Part shown: positions 22,483 through 33,800 of the stretch, piece after piece | Numbering within the stretch: position 1 is the stretch's first letter | Layout of the letters: every line of letters begins with the position of its first letter | DNA from: Plasmodiophora brassicae | Lineage: Eukaryota | NCBI GenBank assembly: GCA_036867785.1 | Contig: CP145416.1 | Span: 1,054,001 to 1,118,000 of the forward strand | Length of the DNA: 64,000 bases | Direction of reading: 5' to 3' | Notes under the pieces: model-generated | What the model was told of the DNA's origin: nothing | Databases searched by the model: none | The model's input: only the letters and a program-made list of their open reading frames with translations | Translations under genes and position numbers: made by a program

Positions 22483-24993
22483 TTATCGGCGTCCAGCTCT
22501 CGACGTTCGCCGTTTGGTGCGATTAGCCCCAGCTGTGAACAGCGGCGTACCACTGGTTGGACCTGCGTCGGCGGGGAACATACCACCTTGCGGTGCGGCA
22601 TTGAACGAACCCGGACTGCCGAATGCAGGCGCGGGTGCAGCACCAGTGGGCGCGGGGAACGCTGATCCGGGACCGAACGCGGGGGATGCTCCAAATGAGA
22701 AGGACGACGCCGGAGATGCAGCGGCACCAAACGCCGGCTTTGGGGGTTCTGAGGATGTCGCACCCAGCTGGAATTGCGGCGCTTGCCCAGCTGGAAGCGA
22801 AGCACTGCTTGGGGTAGAACTCGAGATTCCGAACCCTGCGGTCGACGTAGACGGGGGAACACCGAACGATGACGTTTGTGGAGCAGATAAAGGTGTCGAC
22901 GACCCATTACCAAATGCTGTGGATGAGCTAGCACCGGAGGCCTGAGGTGCGCCGAACAACGATGAAGCCGCTTGCGGAGCAGGCGGCGCTGCTCCAAACG
23001 AAAACGGGGTGGTTGAAGGCGCTGGCGGGGTCGCCGTTGCACCCGATAATACAGATGGGATAGCGGTTCCGGTTGGTCCTGATCCAGCGCTTGCTTGCGC
23101 ACCAGTATTGCTTCCGAACGACAGCGATGGCTGGTCCTTGGTTGTCGAAGGTGTCGGCTGCGATGATGGCGCTTGCGTACCGGCGGCGCCGAACGAAAAC
23201 GATGACTGGATCGTAGTCGCCGAAGCCTCTGGTTGCGATGGTGGCACTGGAACACCCGTGGCACCGAACGAAAACGTCGGCTGGGTCGTTGCCGCCGCAG
23301 GAGTACGTTGCGATACAGGTGCAGGGGCGGCTGTGACTCCGAACGACAGCGACGGTGCCGATGGAACAGCTCCCGCTGGTGCTTGGGATGCTGAGCCGAA
23401 CAAGGACTGTGGCGGCGGCTGCGATGCATTATCCCTTTTAGCGGCAGGCGTCGATGTAGTGCCTGCTTGATTCGTGTCGGCGGGCACCGGTCCAGCTGGA
23501 GCGGACGAAGCAGGTGCTGGAGTCGTCGCCCCAAACCGGACCGGAGCAGCCTGAGCTGACTCTCCAGTGGGCTTTGCCGATTCCGGTTTCGGTGCATTTG
23601 CAGAGACGGATTGTGGAGGAGCATTCGGGGCAACGTCCTCCTTCGAAGGAACCTGGGGCAACGCGAAGCGGGCAGTAGTAACTTCAGTACCGTTGTCCTT
23701 GCCAGGTAGAGCAGATGTAGAATTCGAACCCAGACCCAGTGGAGCAGGTGCTGACACTCCACGCTTCGCAGGCGATTTGTTTTTCGCGTGGAACGATTCG
23801 AGAATCTCGTACACTTCCTTGTCGTTGCGACGGAACCGAAGCATCACTTCTTCGTCGTCGAACAGCTCCTCAGGAGCGAGCGGTTTCGGATTGCGAAGCG
23901 GTGCCCTTGACAATCTGCGAATCAGGGCATGAGCTACCGTACAGGTGCAGCATTGGCAGCGGACGCGTTACCGTCGATTGTGGAAAATGTCGCTGTGAGG
24001 GAGTTCCTCGACCTCGTCTGGAATTCGCCCATTACCTTCCCAATCCTTATCCTCCACACGAACGCCGATCGGGCTGCTGGGCGGCGCACCGTCGTCCAAT
24101 TCACCTTCCGCAGCCGGCGGCATCTCAATCAAGAGTTCGCCCTCATCAACGTCGCGATCGCTGACGTCGCTTGGAACAGAGGAGGCAACGGCGCGGTCAT
24201 CTGGAACTCGCAATGTCAGAGCGACGTTTTCCCATCGGTTAAGCTGACCAGTCGTACCCATGCGAGTGTCTTCGACCTGAACGCCTTTGGAGGCAAACCC
24301 GTTCGCCTCAAAATTCAGCTCGATGCGGTCGGGCTTGTGACGCTTCCCATCAACTAGCGGCGATACGCCTCGCGACGACACTGCAGGCGAAGGCGGCAGC
24401 ACAAATCGTCGCTTGCGATCGTCCTTCGTTGACGGGAGTGTCCTGGCTTTCTTCGACATTGACGATTCGCCACGCTGGCGCGCAGGGGAACGCCGGCGTG
24501 TCAGTGGAGCAGTAGCATTCAGGGTGGATGACGACGCGAAGCCGTCAAAGTTGCCAGGAGATGCCCGCGGGCGGGCGGGTGGCGATGTCGTCCACTGAAC
24601 TATCGGGGCAGACGACGATGCCGTTTTCGACAGCATCTGTGGTGGAGGGCGACTCGCCATCATAGGAGGCAGAGGAGGCGGCGATGCTGGCATGGCAGCA
24701 TACCCCGGTGCTGAGGATTTCTGATTCCGGTGTCGTTCAGCGGCTATTCTCAAAGACGATGCAACCGCTGACGGGCGCGAGGGCGGAGGTGACGTCTTCC
24801 GGGCAGAAATGACGGTTACACGAGACGACGACGGGCGCGGCGTCACACGCGGACACAACCGATCGAGTTCTGCAATGGATCGAGCATGCCGGGTCGCCCG
24901 TGCCCGCCTCCGGACCCACTGTTGCACGTACCGGCCGGCAGCGACAAGCGCGACCGTCGCTGCCAGCAGAGCGCCAATCACGACCAGGAACAT
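22483..24993 (-). CDS. FG-repeat nucleoporin with an N-terminal transmembrane segment (POM121/Nup1-like), 2 exons
   Basis: ATG at 24993 (MFLVVIGALLAATVALVAAG); in-frame GT-AG intron 23971-23915 joins the two ORFs; many FSFG/SLFG/AFG repeats; basic C-terminus FTAGANRTKRRTSRAGRR. Confidence 0.75.
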
Positions 24994-25563
24994 CGATCTC
25001 TGGATGAGCGAGCCCACGGCCTCCGCCCGCGGCGTCGCCCGATTGCGACCTCGACGCAGTCGTCGCACTCAGAAGTGCAGCAGCTGCCGAGCATCGGACA
25101 ATCCGCAGCACTGTACAGCAACAACGGCGCAATCCAGCACATGGTTGCAGTGGACATTTGAGATGCTCGACATTGCTGTATGTACTACTTGCCGCTGTGC
25201 AATTTGCGTGTCCACGTCGCGGTTGCTGTCTCGATAATCGCCCGGTCTGGACATCTTATCGGCTGTCGCTACAGACGGCGTTATAGGTCGCGGTCTGCCG
25301 GCGCACCTCGGTCGTTTAGCTGTGCCGAATGCCAAATGCGGATTGCCGCGTGCGGCGGCCTGCATGCGGGCTAATTCCTCGCGGCGCCCAAAAAAACGCG
25401 TGCAAAATCGGACCTCCAGGCAGGCTATTTTCGAGCACATGGCCGCACACAAATAGACACTCGGATCGTCAAACCTCGACTGCTGATCGGCTCCAGGGTC
25501 GTCGCTGCTGCGTGTGCGAGCGTCGGTCACCCAGCGGGCGCGGGCGCGGGCGCCACCAACACG

Positions 25564-26304
25564 ATGGACGCTGCGAAAGATGGGAAGCCCGGGTCGCCGG
25601 CGCTTCCCGTTAAAATCGTTGTCGTGGGCGACGGTGCTGTGGGCAAGACGACCTTGCTGTCAGAGCTCGCTCCTGCCTCAGTATAGCTAGCCATCGTTGA
25701 CGATGTGTTCACAGTCTCAGATATGTCGAGAATCGGTTCCCTGAAACCTACGTGCCGACCGTTTTCGAGAACTACTACCGGGACGTCGTCGTTGAGGGCA
25801 TTGCTGTCAACATGGGGCTTTGGGGTACGCTGCTCCCCCGGACAGGCTTGCAGTACCCATCTAAACGCTCTTGATATAGATACCGCCGGGCAGGAGGATT
25901 TTGACCGTTTGCGATCCCTGTCGTACAATGACACCGACCTGGTCCTGATCGTATTCTCGATCGATGCGCCGACGTCGCTGGCGAACGTATCCTCGAAGTG
26001 GGTCCCAGAGATCCAACACCACTGCGAAGGTGTCCCATTCCTGCTGGTCGGGACAAAGAGCGACCTGCGAAACGACGAGCAGACGCTGGAGAAGCTTCGC
26101 GCCCGAAACCAGAAGGTCGTCGAGCTTTCCGATGCGAACGCTGTCGGGAAGGAGATCGGTGCACAGGCGATCCTGGAGTGTTCGGCCCTAACCGGTGCTG
26201 GCATCAAGGAGGTGTTCGACCAGGCGCTCAAAGTCGTCCTCGTGAAGAAGGGCCTTTTAAAGACAGAGAAACCTCAATCGACATCGTGCTGCACTCTAAT
26301 GTAA
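25564..26304 (+). CDS. Rho-family small GTPase, 3 exons
   Basis: KIVVVGDGAVGKT, YVPTVFENY, DTAGQEDFDRLR, GTKSDLR, ECSA and C-terminal CAAX CTLM. Confidence 0.95.
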
Positions 26305-26484
26305 CCAGGTTGTACATGCCATCAGTGTGCCATCATCCCCCGTGTCTCCTGGTACCATGTCGACGCCAATATCAGGACGCTGTTGTCATCTAGAATGAGT
26401 CACCTCGTCTGATGATCACCTTGACTCACGCCACGATACGCCCGGGCGGAAGACAGGCCTCATTGCGGTTATTCGCCTGGAATC

Positions 26485-27000
26485 ATGAGATTCCCATGGG
26501 TTCGTTCCAGCCTTGCTGTTGCGATTGCTGTGATGGCGATCACCTGCGTTGTCGCTGAACCACGAGCGCTTCGACACCGGAAGGCGTCACCACCGGCCGT
26601 CAACCCGACGGTCATTCCCACGAGGAAACCGACATCCCAGACGCTGATCCTTCCATCGCGAAACAGCCGCAGGCGGCGCGCGTCAAGCGCCACGACCACA
26701 TTTCAGGGTGCGCCCTCTCCAGCGGTGGCCAGCGTCCACACTCGATCGCGGAAACGATTCGTCGCCCAGCAAGCTGACGACCAGGATGAACACGGCCCGG
26801 TATCGTTTGGGGCGAACGGCGGCGCGAGTTTGCAGCGGTTAGACAGACAGGGGAGCGCCCAGATGCGAGACAACCTCTGCGCCTCTGTCTGTTCCGATCC
26901 AAATACGTCAGACGCGTGCCGGAAGTGCAAGTCCAGGCAGGCCGCCGTGAAGAGCGGGTCGTTGCGCCCCGAGGGGTTCCTCAAGCGGAACGTCGGGTGA
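26485..27000 (+). CDS. Small secreted basic protein (effector candidate)
   Basis: Signal peptide MRFPWVRSSLAVAIAVMAITCVVA; Arg-rich; 4-Cys cluster near the C-terminus; 171 aa. Confidence 0.6.
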   Translation: MRFPWVRSSLAVAIAVMAITCVVAEPRALRHRKASPPAVNPTVIPTRKPTSQTLILPSRNSRRRRASSATTTFQGAPSPAVASVHTRSRKRFVAQQADDQDEHGPVSFGANGGASLQRLDRQGSAQMRDNLCASVCSDPNTSDACRKCKSRQAAVKSGSLRPEGFLKRNVG

Positions 27001-27568
27001 GCGGGAGGACCATCCATGCGTATGCACATAAATGATTGGCATGCTCTATTTGTCGGTCCTCGTTCAAGTCGGCATGTAATGCTATTGCGGGGACATCGAT
27101 GTCGGAGATGGCGCCGCTGATGACGGGTCAGGGGACGACGCCGAATTGGTGGCGTCTGGCGCATTATCCCCAATTTCAGTACGAGGCTGGGCACTGCGAC
27201 GCGTCCCCATCTGTCTCGCAGCAAGATGCCGTTGGGTGGACTTGGCCACTTGCGAATATACGGATGCCGCCGACGTGTGCACCATGAAGCTGTACGTACG
27301 TGAACTGCAGCGCGAATGTGGGACAGCGACGGCGCACGCGTCCCCCCACTGCACGTACCAAAAATAGATATTTCCTGGTTTGACGAATGGCCAACTTCAT
27401 TCCAGATCGTTCTGGATCGAGTGCAGGCCCGGTTCGACGATGCACACAACGTTTCACCGGCAGAGACTGCGCCTCCGTTCCATGGGTCCTTGAAACGCGG
27501 TTGTGCTCGGCCATGTCGAAAATGTGGCGAGGAATCACCCGAAATGCCCAGAGACGTTTTTTGGGGTG

Positions 27569-27994
27569 ATGTCGTCAGCGGCGAAGGGCGCTGCGATCAG
27601 GTTCTCGCCGTTGCTACGCGAGATACGCTTGCATTTCTGCCAGACGTCGGCGTCGTCCGCCGGAATCCGCTCGTTCGTCGTCGACAACTACTGGGCGCTG
27701 AGGCGCGCCAACCCGGACGTGTCCATTCTTGTCCGCGAATGTCATGGCATTAAGCCACGCATCGTGACGCGCTTCCGTATGCTGACATGTCCATGCCGCC
27801 GCTGCTGTGGATCTAACCGATTCGCCGCAGATATGACACCTGAGCAGGACTACAATGTGGAATCGTTCGCAGCGGGCGAAATCGCCGACGTCGTCAAGAA
27901 CGTCACGCAAGCTATTCCAGGGGTGGGCGAATCGGCCCCTATCGTTGTCGATGCGAACCCGACTGCAGGCAAAGCCGGCCACCCTAGCCTATAG
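27569..27994 (+). CDS. NDUFA2: Complex I subunit B8 (NDUFA2)
   Basis: LREIRLHFCQTSASSAGIRSFV...ANPDVSILVRECHGIKPRI matches the CI-B8 domain; one intron near 27777-27830. Confidence 0.85.
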   Translation: MSSAAKGAAIRFSPLLREIRLHFCQTSASSAGIRSFVVDNYWALRRANPDVSILVRECHGIKPRIVTRFRMLTCPCRRCCGSNRFAADMTPEQDYNVESFAAGEIADVVKNVTQAIPGVGESAPIVVDANPTAGKAGHPSL

Positions 27995-28024
27995 AAGTAT
28001 ATATACTGTTGCGATCATTTTTTA

Positions 28025-30857
28025 TCACGATCGGTCAGGGTCTTGATTCCTGTCGCCCGCACCGAGGGATTTCACGTCTGCAATCAGCTCGGGTGGGACA
28101 TCCGACTCGGGAGTTCGCGACCTGATGGCCTCCTGAAGCGCACGAATCTTCACCAGCTCATCCTCGGATGCCTTGAGCACGATGACCAGGGAGTCGATGC
28201 ACTGACTAGGAGCGTGAAGGACGATACCACGACTACGCGCATGCGCAAGGATGACAGCCAGCAGCAGGACCGCCTCGGGTCGTGATTCCGCTCGCAGTTG
28301 GTCTTGCAACTGTTTGCGAAGGCCAAAGACAACGAGCTTGATACGTTTGCGAGTGGATTCTTTGACTAAAATATCGGTCTTTGCAGCGATATCCCTGGCT
28401 GCGTTCAGGCAAGCCGACGCCGGCATCGACAACATTGCCGTCAGCTCCTGCGAGATGACGGGTGCAACCTTTGACAGCAATTCGGAGCGTAGTTCAGGAG
28501 TTAGATCACCCTGGGAGATCATTGGTTCCTAAGACACAGCGGTATTAAGCCCTCCCTATAACCTACTTTTGCACTTTCTGGAAGGTCGACACCGTTGAGC
28601 AGGATCTGAATCCGCAACAGGGTATCGGCAAGATTCGAGCCAACGGTCTTGACGAGATACTTGTCGAGAGCGGTAATGAGCCCTCCGTCTACATTAGGCA
28701 CTGCGTTAAGCTCCTGAATAGCTTCAAGAAAGACCTAAGCACTGTCAGCAGATATCGCACATGCGGGTAGTCCTAGTACTTGATAATGCTCGAGCAGGAC
28801 CAGGATCGTCTGAGTGAACTCCTTAAGAAGCTTGCGCCTTTGTGGGACACCAGTAGGTGCTTCCACGTTTTCCCCGCCCGCCATGATAAACGGGGAGTCG
28901 CGAATCTGCATCCGATTGCTAAATAACATTCCAGTGTGCGTACACGAATGACCTTACCTGTTCAAATTGAGTCTTGAAGGAAGGCGCAATAATACTCACG
29001 ATCCCGTTGATGAGCATGTCGTCACACTGACTGTGAATCTGCGACAGCTCATCTCGCAGAACGTTGGTATCGAGAACTGGTCTCCCTAACACTGTACGGG
29101 AGAATGATTACGAGTTAAGCCGTCCAGTACAGTCTAAAACGTATACCAAATTGCTCTTCCAGATCGGCATCTGCTCTGCGAGAACTCCGCTTCTTCGACG
29201 TCGACCCTTGTTCGGAATCATTGTCCTGTCCTTTCTTCCCAGACCTTTTCTTGGACTTCTTAGCATCATTCTCAGGAGATACTAGTGCAGCAGCAGGCCG
29301 GTTCTTCGACGCAGAGTGGACAGCAATAGCCGCTTGCTTGGCAAGATCCAGAACAGTGGGTTCGACATGTGTCGCACAGGCTCGAAGAAACACGCTCGAA
29401 ACTACATAGTACTGGAGACCGATTGAATTCCCGAATCAATGACGTCGAGCAATGATTCACCTTGGACACATGATGACATTTCTGCGATACATCATTTGCA
29501 GCCGAGTTGACAGCGTTGACAACGTTTTCCACGATGGGCGGCACGTCAGAATGTGCCAGATGTTCAGGAACTATCGTCCGCATATCAGTCCACGTGCCGG
29601 CAGCGATTAGGTCTTCGATGGCACATCGCACCTACCACATATCGTGTGAACGGGTTATTACCAACGTCAATACGCGATACGCATACGGTTTCAACGACAG
29701 CTGGAGACACAAAGACTCGCGGGAATGCGATCCCACTCGGGAACAGTTGCGTCAAGTAGGGTACTGGCTTGGAGATGCCGATTTCAGTCAGCCGACTAAG
29801 CTCAATAAAGCTGACACGCAGTAAGGTTCCTCCATTGGCAACCATCCTTCCAAATTCCTTACTTGTTCTGCGTGTAAAAGGACCGAACTGATTTCTCCTG
29901 AGCGCGGCACCAAATCTCAGGCGTGTAAAGCCCTAAGATTGATACGTGAGCATATTCGTCATACGTGAAAAGAACGTGTGACTACCAAGTCCACTCGTAC
30001 TGCCAGACAGCGTGCCGGGCAACTGTCCAGATTCCACCGCTGACTGCACGTATTGTCGAAACATCTTTTCATTCAGCGAATACGTCGAAACAAGAGACTG
30101 CAATGACGTAGGTTTGGTGCACGCCGTCAATAGACCGCGAACCTGTTCATGTACATTAACGTAGGCCTTCCGGCAACGTGCTGTATCACGTACCTTAGCG
30201 TTATGTGTCGCGACGTACGAATCAGTGAAAACGGTCTGATTCTGGACATGGAACGCGGGACCGTCCGTTAGCGTTCCTAGCCGCTCGGTCAACGCCGACG
30301 TTATCAGAGCAACTGGTAGGCCGTATTGCTGCGACAATGACGACGCCGTGAGCAACCCGGCCTCCTCAACGTCTGACGTGATATAACTGTCAATGCGGAT
30401 GCATCGAGATGACACCGAGCGGTGTGATCAAACCATGGGCAATTTCTTGGCAGATAGCATCAATGTACGATTTGTGGATCAGGTCGCCCGCAATAAGAGA
30501 TATAGCAGACGAAGCAGCAAGCTCGTGTACAGCCTTCTCAATATTAACCAGGTCAACATTCAGCAGCTCCGGCAGATCAGTCATCGAAAGACGCCCGCCA
30601 TTGGATCGGACCTCTTCAATGATTTCCGAACGCAAACGACCAGGCGTCACGAACTAAAGCGCCCGTCAAGTCGAGGATGTCTGTCCGATTCCCGAACCCC
30701 GCACCTCTTTGCCCGTTGACGACGACAGGACTCTGATTCGCTCCGTGGCGATCAGCCTAAGGACGATCTCGATACAGTTGCGCTCCGATAAGCGCTGCAC
30801 GACGTCGGCGCATTGCGCCCGCTCGAACTCGGCCTGCAACGCCGCCAACTCATCCAT
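28025..30857 (-). CDS. UFL1: E3 UFM1-protein ligase 1, multi-exon
   Basis: MDELAALQAEFERAQ...QRLSERNCIEIV; GGRLSMTDLPELLNVD; K-rich loop KKSKKRSGKKG; C-terminal LLLAVIL...LHAP. Confidence 0.92.
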
Positions 30858-30888
30858 CGTCGTCGTCGCCGCGGAACTGCAATAAAAA

Positions 30889-33800
30889 GAGTGTTGCGAA
30901 AAAAGTTCGTACGAACTTACGAACTTCGGTACAAAAAAAATGACCTTTACGAACTTCGGTACAAAAAATGACCTTTACGAACTTCGGTACAAAAAAAATG
31001 ACCTTTACGAACTTCGGCATAAAAAATATACCTTTATGAACTTCGGTGTATAAAACCTTGGCGAACACTGACGTACTTAAGGTATGTAGTTTGGCGGGCT
31101 TCGGGAGGGTGCCTACAATGAACCACATGCAATCGTACCGTCAATGCCAGCGACGGAATTGTGCCCGTCTCGGCGCAGACAGATAACGGACGGATTCGTT
31201 CGGCGAAAAGAACAGCTTTGAAAGATTAACCGCGTAGCGCAAACGTATTCACAGCACTATAAGGTCTGTATTGAACAGGCCGAAACCGCAGGAAACATCC
31301 GACAAGACACGATCACTTACGTTCGTTCAACAGGCTGTTTCTTGTTCGCCATTAACGGCGCGCTGGCGGGATCGAAGGGAGGACAGGGGGTTCGTGTTTC
31401 GCGCCGATCGCGCTCCTCATGCCTGGACAGTCATAGGTCCATCAACTGTCACCCACAATGTCATTCCGAGGTACCCAGTCCCGGCCAGCTGGGTGCGCAA
31501 AATATCGTCTGCTTCCAGCAATGTCGTCAGCTCTACCTTCTGAGCAGCTGTCAGCCCCGTCGTCAGGCATTCGTCCGCCAAATGGTACGACAGCTGCTTA
31601 TTCCATTGACGCAGCTCGTTTCGGGTTACAATAACCAACCGGCGCTGGTCCCGCTCTATGGCGTTCCCGCAGGTTTGGCAAAGCGGCTTAGGGCCTCTGA
31701 CCGAAACCTGTTGAACAGACATCCCCAGCGGATAACGTTTGCGCCTCTGTTGACCACGTTGCTCGCTTCTCTGATCGCTGGTCCCAGGTGACCGCCCCTG
31801 ATCACTGATCAGACATGGTGGGGAAAACTGACGGCAACGTTTCCGAAGGTGTAGGCGGATCATTTCGACTGTCGGGGGGCACAACGCGGGTAGCAGGACG
31901 GGGGGTTTGCTCTGAACTCGTATCCGCATTTCGAGCCGGTCGATCAGTCTTAAGATACCATAAGCGCCCGAGCACGTGTCCATTCAGCGTTCTACTATCC
32001 GCCTTGCGCACACAGGGACTCATCATGCCGTCGTAATACACAAATTCCCCTCTCAGGAGGACGAGCGATGCGAAGTGGTTTCGGCGACAATTGCGCACGA
32101 CCATGGCGGCAAGGTCATATTGCCATGCTCCGAAGGTCAGTGTCACCGGTTGTGGAGTATTCCACGCGGCGCTGCGTTGTGGTAAGTCGGAGTGAAGAAT
32201 AATTTCTACCAGTGGCGGATAGTGCTGGATGACGTAAGATTGCAGCGACAAAGACCCTGAGCAGGCAGCAACGTGAGATTCCTGCGGATCGACACAGGTC
32301 ATGTCGATTGCGCTGCATGTCAGGAACCCATTTTGGGAATCGAAATCCCTGCCGAGGTATGCATCAACCATCGCCTGGGTTACAGCCGAAGAGCTCAGCT
32401 GCATGATGTTCCGGGAATCAAAGTCCAGTAGAGCGCACTCCCGAGTCCTTAGTGCAACTCGGTTGTGGCACGAAGAATTCGAACACAGTAGCCGATCCGC
32501 GATAACCATCCTGAACAAGTCTGGAACAACATTGGAGAAATTGTCTCCAAAGTTGTTCCACATGTCGTGGTGGCCGGTTGACGGATAGCCTAGGCACCGC
32601 GTTGCCCACAGGAATCGGGCTTCCTCATGAGAGCCTTGCCCAATAAGGGTAACTGCTTCCAGCAATTGGGGGTGGCTTGCAGGTATATGTAGACCCCAGT
32701 ATTTCTATGAAAATATCGGTATCCATCGACGGTCAGCGAGGCGCAGTCGCAGCACGAGTGAAAACGTACATGTAAGATGAACACCGTCATTAGGCCTGTG
32801 TCCACCGCGCAGGTGTTGACTGCGTCAAAGGCTCTGGACATGAAACATCAACTGCCGTTCGCTTCTGTGTTAACTGCCAACTGCTTACCCGTAACGGAAT
32901 CCCCAAGGAAGACTGTGTCGTGACAACGCGTCATGATGCACAGGAGGCGGATCATCCAATGCCTCAACAGGCGACATGACCTTTTCTGCTGGAGGAGAAC
33001 GAGGGCCTTTAGGCACTATCGTCGGCAGCAGCAGATCTGCACCTTCGTCGCGCCTAGACGGAATCGGACTTGATGGCGGCACAGTCTGATCGGGTTGATA
33101 CCAAACGCGGCACACTTTGGAGTGGCGGAACTTCTCCTTTTCGGGCCGCGTCTTAAGCCACACTAGTTTTGTTTTCGACATACCATCATAGAACAAGCAG
33201 GCACCCCCAATGTAGATAATGGACGTGAAATGTCCCCCCGAACCGAATATGACTGCTGCTAACCGGAATGTCGTGCCGTTCAACGTGATGGTACAGGATG
33301 GCTTAGCTATGCAAGCGCGAGGCACGTACTCGAATTCAAGTATCAAAGGTGGCCCAATCACGAACTTCCAGCGGGAGAGCGTGCGCACCCCCGAACACAT
33401 GTATGCGCCCCCCTGGTTATCGTCCAGCACGCGAAATGCACTATCAGGCTTCGAAAGCCTAAATGCTTCGTCCACACTCTGCGTGCAGCGCGTGACCCTG
33501 TCGCCAATCAATGAATCCACCATAGATTGTTGAACAGTCATGGAAGAATCGTCGACGTCAAGGTCCTCTGGAATTACTTCGAAACCTGGTCGGCGCATCT
33601 CAACGCGATTCGATCGCTCTGGACAGTGCTCGGATGTGCAGTCAGACTTTTGCACAACGGTAAAAAGAACAAATTCGGGACGAAGCGATGCACAATATCT
33701 TCCACAGTGCCAAACAGGTCCACAATATTGGACTTCGGTATCGTCGGCACGTGATTGCCTGCGAGCCACAGCAGACGCGCCTCATTATTCCTCTCCTGTG

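Noticed and set aside
22443-23762. 439-aa Arg/Gln/His-rich ORF overlapping the nucleoporin
   Set aside because: Alternative frame of low-complexity, GC-rich Ala/Pro/Ser/Thr codons.
27030-27560. Possible small spliced gene upstream of NDUFA2
   Set aside because: Could not assemble a convincing exon chain or recognise a family.
30900-31060. Regularly spaced repeats of about 29 bp resembling a CRISPR array (also at 36226-36380)
   Set aside because: No unique spacers, mirrored as inverted copies 5.3 kb away with a 9-bp TSD, eukaryotic context and no cas genes; these are transposon TIRs.
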